Shown one piece after another: positions 17,437-28,314 of a DNA stretch of 64,000 bases (its first letter is position 1; each line of letters starts with the position of its first letter). The notes beneath the pieces are model-generated. The model was not told where the DNA came from and searched no databases. It saw only the letters and a list, made by a program, of their open reading frames with translations. Source of the DNA: a virus; the IMG/VR virus record IMGVR_UViG_3300033148_003591, positions 1-64,000 of that record; one strand, written 5' to 3'. Position numbers and translations under genes: made by a program.

Positions 17437-19116
17437 ATGAGTACACATATCAATCCCGCTTCTGGATTATTAAAGATGTACAATGATTTACTTTCATTGA
17501 TAGAAACAACGGTTGTAAAACCGCCTGAGAAATATCGTGAACAAGTAATTGTTGTAAAACAATCTTTGAAAAATGATGAGACAGGAATAGTAAATACTGT
17601 ATTAGATTTTGCGATTGAATGCGCTGCACGTGTAACTTATAAAGTAGAAACTGGAAATGAAAATTTAGATGAAATTTATAATGCATGGTTAAAAAATATA
17701 AATTCATCTTTACGAAGAAAAAAAGTTGAAGTGGGAGTGAATGGTTTAGCAAAACAATATTATATGGAAATGTTAAAGGGTTCTTCACACGCATTACTTA
17801 GAGCTGTTTATAATAAAGATGAAACTAATATGTTATTACCGGAGTTATTATGGTTTGTTGATGGTAAAGATATATGTATTAAAGATAAGGAAAATAAAGG
17901 TAAAGTTATTGGTTCTGAAGAATATAGATTAAAGATAGGTGATGGAACAACAGACAAAGATTATATTGATTTACCACATAACGAAGATGAAGAAATTTTT
18001 GTTCAAACACCATTTGAAGAGTGGGGAACATTATTTCCAACTCCATTTTTAATTAAACGTGGAATATGGAAAAATATGGAAGTTTTAACAATGATTTCTG
18101 ACCAAGGTGAAAGTATTGTTCGTAAGGCATTAAAATATTTATTGGTTATACTAAAAGGAAACGATAAAACTTTTGAGGCACAAGGGCATTATTCAAGAGA
18201 AAAATTATTAGAAGCCAAAGATGCATTTAAAACTTTTTTGGGAGATTCTGAATTAAATACTGGTGTTCCGACATTAGTAACTGATTATGATACTCAAATT
18301 GACCATTTAATACCAGATTTTAGTAAAGTAGTTAATCAAGAATTAATTGACCCATCACGACAAAAGATTTTACAGGGATTGGGATTAATTGAAATTTTAG
18401 AAGGTACAGGAAGTAATTCAAGAAAGGAATCAATAATAAACCCAAAACCATTTGTTAAATTAGTTTATTCATTAATTAATTCTTATTGTGATTTATTAAC
18501 AGATGTTTTAGAAGTAACCAGAGAAAGAAATACTCATAACACCAAATATAATGCTATAAAAATTAAAGTTAAAGCATCACCAGTTCTTGAATTTGTAACT
18601 TTAGATGAAAAAGAATTATTCCGTTCTATTTTTGATAGAGGAGTAGTTGATTATGAATCATTGTGCGAAATTTTAGGAATTGATTATAAGTTAATAGTTG
18701 CTCGTAGCACTAAACAATTAGAAGATGGAATTGATGCAAAACTTTATCCTCATGTTGTAATGAACCAAGAGCAGTATACAAGTGAATTACAGGATAGTCG
18801 TTCTACTAAAAAACCAAAAGATAAAAACACACCAGAATTTAGAGATGACAGAAATGGGGCTGGAAGACAAAATTTTATACAAGCAGCACGTGATTTAAAT
18901 ATTCAAAGATTATACTCACAAGCGATTTATGGAAAAGATAAACCGTTACCAAAATCTGTAAGAAAACTTCCGGCTGATTTACAGAAGGTCTGGAGAGATA
19001 CATTTAATAAAAAATTTAGAAAAACCGGCTCTGATGCTGAATCATTTAGGCTGGCGTTTGGAGTTATAAACAGAATTAAGAGATTAAGATTGAAAAAATC
19101 TGGAGGACAAAAATAA
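17437..19116 (+). CDS. portal protein with C-terminal ChaB-like domain
   Basis: Position after terL and size; C-terminal LPKSVRKLP...QKVWRDTFN...FRLAFGVI. Confidence 0.7.
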   Translation: MSTHINPASGLLKMYNDLLSLIETTVVKPPEKYREQVIVVKQSLKNDETGIVNTVLDFAIECAARVTYKVETGNENLDEIYNAWLKNINSSLRRKKVEVGVNGLAKQYYMEMLKGSSHALLRAVYNKDETNMLLPELLWFVDGKDICIKDKENKGKVIGSEEYRLKIGDGTTDKDYIDLPHNEDEEIFVQTPFEEWGTLFPTPFLIKRGIWKNMEVLTMISDQGESIVRKALKYLLVILKGNDKTFEAQGHYSREKLLEAKDAFKTFLGDSELNTGVPTLVTDYDTQIDHLIPDFSKVVNQELIDPSRQKILQGLGLIEILEGTGSNSRKESIINPKPFVKLVYSLINSYCDLLTDVLEVTRERNTHNTKYNAIKIKVKASPVLEFVTLDEKELFRSIFDRGVVDYESLCEILGIDYKLIVARSTKQLEDGIDAKLYPHVVMNQEQYTSELQDSRSTKKPKDKNTPEFRDDRNGAGRQNFIQAARDLNIQRLYSQAIYGKDKPLPKSVRKLPADLQKVWRDTFNKKFRKTGSDAESFRLAFGVINRIKRLRLKKSGGQK

Positions 19117-19355
19117 TGAGCCGATATAATATGGATGAATTTAAAGTAGCAAGGGTGGATGAAACAGGTGGAACTTATTACTACTATTTATATACTAAAC
19201 CTAAAGCACATGCTTCGTCTGATAACAACACTTTTTATATTTTACGCACAAATGTAGCCGGAACAGAGTTCAAGTATGCTTTTGGTATTACAGCACCATT
19301 AACGGCATGGACAAATAAAGCAACACAGACGTATAAAGACCTAACTGCGTGGTAA
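19116..19355 (+). CDS. small virion-associated protein (putative)
   Basis: Within the head operon; W.NK...TY C-terminus. Confidence 0.55.
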   Translation: MSRYNMDEFKVARVDETGGTYYYYLYTKPKAHASSDNNTFYILRTNVAGTEFKYAFGITAPLTAWTNKATQTYKDLTAW

Positions 19356-19372
19356 AAACCAAAGGAATTATT

Positions 19373-21082
19373 ATGAATAGAGTAAAAATTATTCTTGAAG
19401 ATATTGAACAATCTATGGAATATAAGTTCTTAGAAACTGCTTCTGATAAAAAGGAAATTGAAAAAATCGCTGCAAAACGTGGATTGATTGTTCCGTCACC
19501 GGATATAGCCTTATTTAAAGGAACGTACACTAGAGCTAATGTATTTAATAATAATGGTTCTAGGATAAAACGTAAAGAATTAGCAAAAGCTTTAGATACA
19601 TTAATATTAAAACCTGTTACTCATAATCATGAAGAAAAAGAGGTAATTGGTGTTTGGTTAGATGCTAAATTAGAAGGTGATGTTGTAACTGCATACGGTG
19701 CAATTTATAAAGATAATTTTAAACGGGAATATGCAAAATTTAAAAATGACTTTGAACGTGGTGATATTGGAATTTCTTATGAAATTTATGGCGATAAAAT
19801 AAAAGTAGCTGATGGAAAATATGATTGGGAAAATATATTTTTCTGTGGGGGAGCATTGCTTGATAGAGGAATAAGACCAGCAGTTCATGGTAGTAAAGTT
19901 TTTGAATTTGCTAAAGAAAAAGAAATAGGTGTAGGAGATGTAAATTTAACATTATGCAATAAATGTAATTTTAAATTTGATGCGTCTACAGTAAAGCCAG
20001 AAGAAAATGGCGCAATTAAATGTCCTGGCTGTAAAGAAGTTCTTGGTATTAATCAACCAACACAAAGTACGAATGAGATACCATGTGACTGTCCTAATTG
20101 TGGAAATCATGCATGGGATAATTTATATGACCATGAAGATAAAACAATAGCAAGCTGCACATCTTGCCAAATGAAATATGAAATTGAAATTGAGGAATAT
20201 AATAAAAATAAAATTAATTATGGGGTAAATATTGCACACGAAGGAACGGTAAATTGTTATCAATGTAAGAGCCTTATAAAATATCCTATTTTTGCGAATA
20301 AAAAAGAAACATCCTTAATCTGTAGAGATTGCGGGTTAAGTTTTATACATAAAAGGAAAATTAAAGAGTTTAAATATATAGTGAAATCTATAAAAGAATT
20401 TAAGGAGGAAAATATGAATGAATTACAAAAAGCTTTCGCTAGTGTAGAGAAAGTTGAAGACGTTACTGATGAATTAATTAAAATATTTGAAACGGCTTCA
20501 GAAGAAGATAAGGCTGCATTGGATAGTAAAGTAAAAGAAATCGCAGAAGAAGTAATAAGAACAAATAAAGAAACTGCTGCAAATGAAAAAGACAAACAGG
20601 AAAAAGAAGTGGCATACAAAGACTTATTGAAACAAGGAATCAAAAAATTAGCAACAGAAATAATGAATTTGCGTGAGGATGTTAAAATTGTAGGTTATTA
20701 TGAGAGAGAATTAGCATCAACAAAAGAAGGACATACGAAAGAAATAGCTAAAGTGGTTGAAGAAAAAGAAAAAGAAATAGCCAAGGTTAAAGAAGATTAT
20801 AAAGAAGAAGCTAGAACAATTTATAATCGTAAACAGGAACTTGGTAGTTATTCTGAAGCTATGTCTGATGAACAAATATTAGATGAAAGGGATTATAAAA
20901 TAGCTAAACTTGAAAAAGAACTAGCTGTAAAGAAAACAAAGGAGGGTGCATCACATAAACCAAGTATAATATTAGGTAGTGAAGATGATAAGGTATTAAC
21001 CGGAAAAGAAAAAGAAACGGCAGAATATAATAAAAGATTAGTAAAGGAACACGAAAAAGTAGTATCATATAAGAAAAAATAA
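19373..21082 (+). CDS. prohead protease / Zn-ribbon / scaffold protein
   Basis: PVTHNH...IG and GISYE protease-like motifs, six CxxC, C-terminal coiled coil; lies before the capsid gene. Confidence 0.7.
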   Translation: MNRVKIILEDIEQSMEYKFLETASDKKEIEKIAAKRGLIVPSPDIALFKGTYTRANVFNNNGSRIKRKELAKALDTLILKPVTHNHEEKEVIGVWLDAKLEGDVVTAYGAIYKDNFKREYAKFKNDFERGDIGISYEIYGDKIKVADGKYDWENIFFCGGALLDRGIRPAVHGSKVFEFAKEKEIGVGDVNLTLCNKCNFKFDASTVKPEENGAIKCPGCKEVLGINQPTQSTNEIPCDCPNCGNHAWDNLYDHEDKTIASCTSCQMKYEIEIEEYNKNKINYGVNIAHEGTVNCYQCKSLIKYPIFANKKETSLICRDCGLSFIHKRKIKEFKYIVKSIKEFKEENMNELQKAFASVEKVEDVTDELIKIFETASEEDKAALDSKVKEIAEEVIRTNKETAANEKDKQEKEVAYKDLLKQGIKKLATEIMNLREDVKIVGYYERELASTKEGHTKEIAKVVEEKEKEIAKVKEDYKEEARTIYNRKQELGSYSEAMSDEQILDERDYKIAKLEKELAVKKTKEGASHKPSIILGSEDDKVLTGKEKETAEYNKRLVKEHEKVVSYKKK

Positions 21083-21133
21083 CATAGAATCTAACAATTT
21101 AATTTTATTAACAATTAAAACAGGAGGAATAAA

Positions 21134-22123
21134 ATGATTACTTTACAACATGTACAATCTAAAGAGTTAGCTTCCGATGCTGCATATCGGTCAAATCTTT
21201 TAGGAGAAAGGGCTAAAGAAATAGCGCAGATAATTGGTGAACCGCTTGATGCTCGTAATGCATTTACTGATGTAGTTAATTTGGTATGTGAAACACGAAC
21301 AGCGAAACCAACTGATTATGTATACTATCATTCAGCACGTATTCCTAGTGATAAGGTCGAAGTTATTACAGCAGATGGTATTGTAACACAAAGAACAAAT
21401 AGTTTAACAGCTCCTACTGCGTTTACATTCATTGATGTATCCAGTAATGAAGAAATGGTTAAATTAACTGATTTAGCAAAAAGAAAAGAAGACATCATGG
21501 CTAGAGTTAATGAGTCAATTAATGATGGCTTGAACACGTATGAAATTCAGTATGTGGTTGCGTTAATGACCGCTGCTGCTTCTTCAAGCGGTAATGAGGT
21601 AACGCTTGGTTCTGGAGTTGCTACATTTCAATTTCAGCATGTAATCCAAATGCTTCAACAGGTTAATAAATATGGCGATACCTATGTACTTTTAATGGGT
21701 ACGACTGTTTATCAGGATTTCTTGCTTTGGGATTGGACAGATAATAAGAACCAGAATATTAGAGCACAGTTTAACAACTTGGGTATTACAGCAAAACAGA
21801 TTCCGGCTTGGGAAGTAGATGTTGATGGTAGCACTAAATATCAGATGGTAGCAACAAAAGCGTATTTAGTAGCAACTAGAGTAGCTGGAAACAAAAAACC
21901 TCTATTATTTGTTCGCAGACAGCTTGGTGAACTTGCTAATATGTTAGGTGTTGTATCTGTAGCTGGTGATGTTCCTGAAAGACTTGTTCTTCAGTCAATG
22001 AATCCTATTTCTGTAGGAACTAATAATGCTCGTACTTTGAGTGTTGCGTTAATTGGTTTTGAGGAAGTAGTTGGAGCATGTACAAATATATATGGAGTTT
22101 CTCAGTTTGAAAGGACAACTTAA
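21134..22123 (+). CDS. major capsid protein
   Basis: 329 aa, after scaffold, strong AGGAGG RBS, followed by a terminator. Confidence 0.75.
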   Translation: MITLQHVQSKELASDAAYRSNLLGERAKEIAQIIGEPLDARNAFTDVVNLVCETRTAKPTDYVYYHSARIPSDKVEVITADGIVTQRTNSLTAPTAFTFIDVSSNEEMVKLTDLAKRKEDIMARVNESINDGLNTYEIQYVVALMTAAASSSGNEVTLGSGVATFQFQHVIQMLQQVNKYGDTYVLLMGTTVYQDFLLWDWTDNKNQNIRAQFNNLGITAKQIPAWEVDVDGSTKYQMVATKAYLVATRVAGNKKPLLFVRRQLGELANMLGVVSVAGDVPERLVLQSMNPISVGTNNARTLSVALIGFEEVVGACTNIYGVSQFERTT

Positions 22124-22142
22124 TTAGTAATTAGAAAGGTCA

Positions 22143-22176
22143 TGGGTTGGGGAGATTTATTTCCCCAACCTATTTT
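22143..22176 (+). terminator. intrinsic terminator after capsid gene
   Basis: GGTTGGGGA/TCCCCAACC stem plus TATTTT. Confidence 0.85.
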
Positions 22177-22201
22177 AAATAGTATTTAATAAGGAGATAA
22201 A

Positions 22202-22768
22202 ATGATTTCAAGATTAATTAGAATTGTTAGAGGACTTTGTGATGACAATCTTGAGAAAAAGACTGAAAGTCATACTTATACTACAAGTAAGATTTTCACA
22301 TTACTTCAGGATAATGCATCTACCTTATTATCTACATTAATTGATGGTTCACCATTAGTATCTGGACAATCAGCAACATTAGATACAGATGAGAATAAAG
22401 TAACAGTAGTTGCAACATTAACATCCGGTCAAGTATTACAGTTTAAATTTAATTATTATTCAAATTTTAGTGACACACAAATTAAAGCAGCAATCGAATC
22501 AGCGTTATCATATATATCTATCAATAATTTAAAGGACTTTTATTATAATACAACGGATGTAGAAATTACACCGTATCCGTCTAAACAAGAAGAATATTTA
22601 ATAGCACTTATAGCATCAATTATTTTAAAACCAAATTACACGCTTTATAAAACATCAACTGTTGAAATAAGATATCCAGGTAATAAATCAAAAGAAGATA
22701 AAATAAAAGATACAATAAAGAATTTTAAATTTAATCCAAATATGATTTTCACAATAGGTAAATTTTAA
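22202..22768 (+). CDS. putative head-tail adaptor
   Basis: Position after capsid; FSD.QI...I helical motif. Confidence 0.5.
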   Translation: MISRLIRIVRGLCDDNLEKKTESHTYTTSKIFTLLQDNASTLLSTLIDGSPLVSGQSATLDTDENKVTVVATLTSGQVLQFKFNYYSNFSDTQIKAAIESALSYISINNLKDFYYNTTDVEITPYPSKQEEYLIALIASIILKPNYTLYKTSTVEIRYPGNKSKEDKIKDTIKNFKFNPNMIFTIGKF

Positions 22769-22770
22769 TT

Positions 22771-23139
22771 ATGAATTATTCAGCTATTCTACTATTTAAA
22801 AGGGAACAATACGCAGAAAATGATGCATTTGAATTAGAATTTCAGGTGTACAGCGACCAGAATGATTTACAAACAGATTTAAGTGCTTTTAAATTTTATT
22901 GTAGAATCACAAACGATGCGGATGTTTTAAACAAAAAAGACGCTAATTATTCTGGCGGTTCGGATGCACAAATTTCAGTATCAAGTGATAAGATTACTGT
23001 ACATGTAGATTCTGATGATACAAATGCATATGAAGGATTGTATGTTTTAGAATTACAAATGACTAATAAAACTACGGGTTTTAGGCAAACAATTTATCGT
23101 GAAAATTTTGAATTTTTTGAAGAAGTATTAAATGCTTAA
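22771..23139 (+). CDS. virion structural protein (BppU-like Ig fold)
   Basis: DLSA.....I...DT...G.YVLELQ pattern. Confidence 0.45.
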   Translation: MNYSAILLFKREQYAENDAFELEFQVYSDQNDLQTDLSAFKFYCRITNDADVLNKKDANYSGGSDAQISVSSDKITVHVDSDDTNAYEGLYVLELQMTNKTTGFRQTIYRENFEFFEEVLNA

Positions 23140-23151
23140 AGGAGTAAAATA

Positions 23152-26100
23152 ATGGCTAATAAAAAAATATTTAATCCATTTACAGGCAAATTTGATTATA
23201 CATTAGATGGCAATATACTAACATTTAAAGAAGGTGTTGCAAGCCAAGCCAATTTACCAATAACCGGAAATGCAAAAGATGACGCAAGAATTGCCAATGA
23301 TACTGGACATCTTTATGTGTGGTCAATAGTAGCATCTTCTGGAAGTTTATCTGATTGGACTGACCAAGGCGACATAATTGACCTTAATTGGGCTGCAATT
23401 ACTAATAAGCCTACTTCTGCTGTAGCTGACATTGATGATGCTGTTACTAAAAAACATGCTAACACATTAGACCACACACAAGGAACTGACCAAAAATTAG
23501 ACGATGGTGGAATTAATGAAGTTACTGTAGCTAATGTTAAAGATGCAGTAGATAAAAAACACACCCAAAATTCAGATACAGATTTAGACGCTACTTTTGA
23601 GCTTACGTTTGTTAAAAAAGCCGATACAATAAATGTATTATCTGACATTACTTCTCCTGGAGCTGATATTGAATCTGCTGTTACATTAAAACATGATGGT
23701 GGAACACAGGATACAGCTATAGGTTTGAATACATCTCATAGGGGAGATAATTCTCAAGCGCATACTGATTATTTAATAAACAATGGTGATGATGAAACCA
23801 GTGGCAAATTAACAGTTGGAGGTTTAACTGTATCCGCAGAAAAACATTTATTATTGCCTTTACATAATGATGCTGCTACACCTACATTAGCTTTTGGTGA
23901 TGGAGACTCCGGTTTTTATGAACAATCGGATGACAAAATTTATATGGCTATTGCAGGGGCTTTAAAATATAAATTTTCTGCTGGTTATATTGCATCTCAA
24001 ACAGAAGACGGTTTTTATATTAAATCCTCTGATGGCAGTGCTACTATTCCAATTTTTTCATTTTGGAATGATTTAGATACAGGGGTAGGAAAAGCAGCAG
24101 CAGATTCTTTTACTTTAATTGCTGGTGCTGTTGAAGCTGCTAGAATAACTGAAACTGACTCTAATATAACAATAGATTTAAAAGGTACTGTTGCTATTGG
24201 TGCATTCCCATTAACAGTTAATTCTATAGAAATTGTTGGTTCTGATGGGGAAGTAAATAAAGCAGCCATTGAAGATTCTGGTGAATGGGATTCTGCTTAT
24301 GCAGCTATGCATACTCAGGGAACAGATACTACATTAGGGAGTATGTCAGCTAATATAGATATGAATACTCATAAATTAACTGGATTATCAGTACCAAGTT
24401 CTAATGGAGACAGTATAAGAGCCACAACTAAAATTACTGAATCTAATTTAGAAACTGTAGTAGATAATGACCATGTTGCAGTAACAGTATCGGCAGCTCC
24501 TTTAACTTTATCTACTCAACAAATATCATTTAATTATGACACTAATCATTTTCAATTAAATGTAAATGATTTTCAAATAAAAACTGACGGAATAGATACC
24601 ACTTTAATTGATTGGGGTATAGGAGCAAATCAAGTTGTAACTAAAAATTTTATTGATTATGCTGATAGTCCACAGATTATTACTGGTGGAGAATTATCTG
24701 AGGGAACATCTGGAACATTTACAGTTGCTGCACTTACAGCTATGCTACGAGCAACAGATGGTGTAACAGGGGCATTAACTTATGTTAGTTTAGCAGAACA
24801 AGCTAATCAATCTATTACAGCACCTAATACAGTTTATATTGTAACACTTAATTATAGTGGTGGAAGTCCTACAATTACTCTTTCTACTTCTTCACCTTAC
24901 ACTGCTGATAAACGCACTATTGCACTAGGGAAGGTATATAAAGATGGCAGTGATAATGTTCATTTTATAAGTTCAGGTTATAGATTACAGGATGGCGTTA
25001 GAAAATTACACAAAAGAAATCAGACTCTTAGAAACATAGAACTTTGTTGTGGTTCTACTATTGCTTATTCTGGTACAAATAATTTTACCATGACTGAAGG
25101 AATTTTTTATGCTGGCTTAAACGAATTTGCTACAGGTGCTTATAATAGTGCATCAACTCAATTTACACCTGTTTATCGTGATGGCGGAGGATGGAAAGAA
25201 GGTTCGTTAAGTAATACATTAGACTATACACATTATGATGATGGTGATGGTACTCTTGGAAATGTTGGTGTATCTAAATTTGCAGTATTTTTTGTTTATA
25301 AACATGCTAGTGATGGTCATGTATACGTTCAATATGGTCAAAGTGGAAGTTATTCATTAGCACAGGCTGAAGCAGCAGAAGTACCAGTAGTAGTAGATTA
25401 TGTAAGTTCATTTGGCACATTAATTGGCAAAATAGTAATGCCTCAAGCTGGTGGGTCAATTTCGTTAGTACAGATGATTTCTGATACTGTATTTACTGCG
25501 GTTAGTGCATCAGACCATAATTTATTAGGTAATTTACAGGGCGGAACAGCAACAGAATATTATCATTTAACTTCAGCAGAGTATACAGAATTATCTGCGT
25601 GGTTAGATGATGTTACTTTAGGTGCAAGTGGAGCATTAACATTACCTACAGGTCAAAATTTCACTATTGGTTCAACACAGTGGAATAGTGGTGATGATAT
25701 TGATGCAGATGTAATTGTAAATGGTTCTACAAATGCAGCTATAACTTTAACACAAGAAACTAATTTTGAAGCAGCTTATAGTCATGTATCAAATGATGGT
25801 TCTGACCATTCATTTATAAACCAAAGTGTTGTTTCTGGTGCTACCCCTACTCTTACAGCTACTAATATCACTGGCGTACCAGCAGCATCAATTCTTGCTG
25901 GAACATTAGGCACAGGGGCATATGTATTTGATAATTCTATTAGTGGTATGACTTCCATAGAGCTTGCTCTTGATAGGAAAATAGAGTTTGGAGATAATGC
26001 AGTTCATATTCAGTCTGATGATGATGGACATTTAGATTTAACTGCGGATGTAAGTATTGATTTAAATGGAATAACTTTAGCAACTGATAAAATAGCATTT

Positions 26101-26928
26101 ACTCAAGTAGATAATTTAGAATATATTGATTCATTAGCAGATGGTTATTTAGATTTTGAAGCAACCACAGGTTTGAGATTTAGAATAAATACTACTGAAC
26201 AAGTTAATATTGTAGATGGTGTTTTTCAGCCAACAACTACTAATGATATAGATTTAGGAACAGACACTTATGAATTTAAAGATTTATGGTTAGATGGTAA
26301 ATTATACACTGATGGATTTGGAAGAGACTGTTTAGTAGATTTAGGGATAGAATTAAGATTTGGTGATGCTGCTGTTAAAATAAGTTCAGAAACAGACGGG
26401 CATCTTGATTTAGAAGCAGATGTATCTGTAGATGTTAATGGGTTATTAGATGTTACAAATACAGGTCAAATTAAATTCCCTGCATCTGCAAATCCAAGTT
26501 CAGACCCAAATACTCTTGATGATTATGAAGAAGGAACTTATACTATAACCGTAACTTGTGCTACGAGTGGAACGGTTACATTAAAAAGCACTGGAGATTT
26601 AGCTTCATATATAAAGATTGGTGCAAAGGTGTTTATTTCTGGAAGAGTAATTGTTGATGGCGTGTCCTCACCTGTAGGAACAGCGAGATTCAATGCTCCT
26701 TTTACATCAGCTAATGTAGGCGAAGAGGCATCAAAGTTTTATGGTTCAGCCCAAATGCAAAATGTTGATTTTGGTGCTAGTGGTAATATAGTTCCAAACA
26801 TCAATTCAAACCTAGCATATTTTGAGTTAATAGGAACTAATGATGCAGGGGCAGTCGGTCCAGAACCTGCTAGTGTTTTTAGTGCAAATGACGAGGTGGG
26901 TTTTTCGTTAACTTATATTGCTGCATAA
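23152..26928 (+). CDS. large fibre protein (1258 aa)
   Basis: Gly/Thr/Asp-rich mosaic, HTQGTD-type repeats, DGHLDL repeats, C-terminal NTLDDYEEGT domain. Confidence 0.7.
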   Translation: MANKKIFNPFTGKFDYTLDGNILTFKEGVASQANLPITGNAKDDARIANDTGHLYVWSIVASSGSLSDWTDQGDIIDLNWAAITNKPTSAVADIDDAVTKKHANTLDHTQGTDQKLDDGGINEVTVANVKDAVDKKHTQNSDTDLDATFELTFVKKADTINVLSDITSPGADIESAVTLKHDGGTQDTAIGLNTSHRGDNSQAHTDYLINNGDDETSGKLTVGGLTVSAEKHLLLPLHNDAATPTLAFGDGDSGFYEQSDDKIYMAIAGALKYKFSAGYIASQTEDGFYIKSSDGSATIPIFSFWNDLDTGVGKAAADSFTLIAGAVEAARITETDSNITIDLKGTVAIGAFPLTVNSIEIVGSDGEVNKAAIEDSGEWDSAYAAMHTQGTDTTLGSMSANIDMNTHKLTGLSVPSSNGDSIRATTKITESNLETVVDNDHVAVTVSAAPLTLSTQQISFNYDTNHFQLNVNDFQIKTDGIDTTLIDWGIGANQVVTKNFIDYADSPQIITGGELSEGTSGTFTVAALTAMLRATDGVTGALTYVSLAEQANQSITAPNTVYIVTLNYSGGSPTITLSTSSPYTADKRTIALGKVYKDGSDNVHFISSGYRLQDGVRKLHKRNQTLRNIELCCGSTIAYSGTNNFTMTEGIFYAGLNEFATGAYNSASTQFTPVYRDGGGWKEGSLSNTLDYTHYDDGDGTLGNVGVSKFAVFFVYKHASDGHVYVQYGQSGSYSLAQAEAAEVPVVVDYVSSFGTLIGKIVMPQAGGSISLVQMISDTVFTAVSASDHNLLGNLQGGTATEYYHLTSAEYTELSAWLDDVTLGASGALTLPTGQNFTIGSTQWNSGDDIDADVIVNGSTNAAITLTQETNFEAAYSHVSNDGSDHSFINQSVVSGATPTLTATNITGVPAASILAGTLGTGAYVFDNSISGMTSIELALDRKIEFGDNAVHIQSDDDGHLDLTADVSIDLNGITLATDKIAFTQVDNLEYIDSLADGYLDFEATTGLRFRINTTEQVNIVDGVFQPTTTNDIDLGTDTYEFKDLWLDGKLYTDGFGRDCLVDLGIELRFGDAAVKISSETDGHLDLEADVSVDVNGLLDVTNTGQIKFPASANPSSDPNTLDDYEEGTYTITVTCATSGTVTLKSTGDLASYIKIGAKVFISGRVIVDGVSSPVGTARFNAPFTSANVGEEASKFYGSAQMQNVDFGASGNIVPNINSNLAYFELIGTNDAGAVGPEPASVFSANDEVGFSLTYIAA

Positions 26929-26943
26929 AGGGAGATAATTAAA

Positions 26944-27426
26944 ATGGAAAAACGACAATATTATCATCATAGTGTAACAGAGTTAGGTAATTTACAATTA
27001 AGAATTGTTACTGAATATGTAAAAGATGGTAAAGTTACAAATGAAAAACGTAGTAACCCTGTAACACCAGCAGATGTAAACAACATGGGTGATTGGGATG
27101 ATAAATCAAAGGACATTGTTAATGCTATAATAGATAGTAAAGTATTGGCTGATTTTGAAGAAGAAAAACAGGAAAAAACAGGAGAAGGTATTGAAGAAAT
27201 AGTTACTTATGATAGGGTAATTGATTTAGATGGAAAAATAGCAGTAAGAAGGATTACAAGAGTTTTTGATGAGGGTAAAGAAGTAGATAAAAAATTCCAC
27301 AGAACTTGGATAAATCCAGGTGATAACTCAGATAATGCTGATGTTATGTCAAAAGCAGTAGCTAAAAAATTACATACTCAAGATGCAATAACCAAATATA
27401 AAAACAAACAGAAACATAATGGATAA
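26944..27426 (+). CDS. fibre-associated small protein (tandemly duplicated domain)
   Basis: Follows the DDYEEG domain; two similar halves, KKFHR motif. Confidence 0.55.
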   Translation: MEKRQYYHHSVTELGNLQLRIVTEYVKDGKVTNEKRSNPVTPADVNNMGDWDDKSKDIVNAIIDSKVLADFEEEKQEKTGEGIEEIVTYDRVIDLDGKIAVRRITRVFDEGKEVDKKFHRTWINPGDNSDNADVMSKAVAKKLHTQDAITKYKNKQKHNG

Positions 27427-27443
27427 ATGGAAAAGGTTTAAAA

Positions 27444-27815
27444 ATGAGTGACCCTCTTAAAGAAATAATTAGACAGCACGGCAAATATATTAATGTGTTC
27501 ATTGGGAAAGAAAGTACCAAAAATACGCTGACAGGCGATGTTACGATTACATATGGTTCGCCAAATCCAATAAAAGGCTTATTAGAGGACATGAGCGATG
27601 CTTCAGCCGTATATAAAATACCAGGTGTAAATACAACTAAGAGTAAAATATTTGTATGCCATAACAGCTATAGAACATTAATTGAAAACTCGCACAAAAT
27701 AGAAATAGATAATGAAGTTTATTACGGCTATAAAGATGATGCCGGAAGTAAAATTCGTATTAAAGAAGAAGGAAACTATATACGTGTTTATTTAGTGAGA
27801 AGGATTTATACATGA
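27444..27815 (+). CDS. putative head closure protein
   Basis: Size and synteny. Confidence 0.5.
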   Translation: MSDPLKEIIRQHGKYINVFIGKESTKNTLTGDVTITYGSPNPIKGLLEDMSDASAVYKIPGVNTTKSKIFVCHNSYRTLIENSHKIEIDNEVYYGYKDDAGSKIRIKEEGNYIRVYLVRRIYT

Positions 27816-28312
27816 AAATAACAATTAAACAGCGTGGTGTTCCAATACGAAAAATGATTGATGATGAGATAAAAAATTCAAAGAAATTTCAGCGTAGAAT
27901 AATGACACTAGGTAAAAAAGCTCATCGTTTTATGTTAGAATTTATTGCTAGTCATACACAGACTTTTAAAGATGTTCCACAATCAGATGCACAACCATTG
28001 ATAGAAACAATTGATTTTGAAGAAATGTATTCAGTAAGTGGGTTTGGTTGGGGAATAGGTGACATTGAAACACTAAAAAAAGTAAGCAGACATTATGAAC
28101 TTATAAATTATGGCGGAAAACATCCACAAGCTGGTAAAAAAGTTCCAGGTTATTTTCAATCAGCGGGAATTTTTACATACGCTCCGTATAGTGGACATTT
28201 TATTACAATAGGAGTAGATACAGTAATTGAACCAATGGATTATATACAGGCTACATTAAATTATTTAGATATTCAATTGAAAAAAACATTAGCCAAATAT
28301 GGTAGAGGATAA
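27812..28312 (+). CDS. putative neck / tail completion protein
   Basis: Synteny; Y.LINYG...P..Y pattern. Confidence 0.5.
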   Translation: MKITIKQRGVPIRKMIDDEIKNSKKFQRRIMTLGKKAHRFMLEFIASHTQTFKDVPQSDAQPLIETIDFEEMYSVSGFGWGIGDIETLKKVSRHYELINYGGKHPQAGKKVPGYFQSAGIFTYAPYSGHFITIGVDTVIEPMDYIQATLNYLDIQLKKTLAKYGRG

Positions 28313-28314
28313 AT

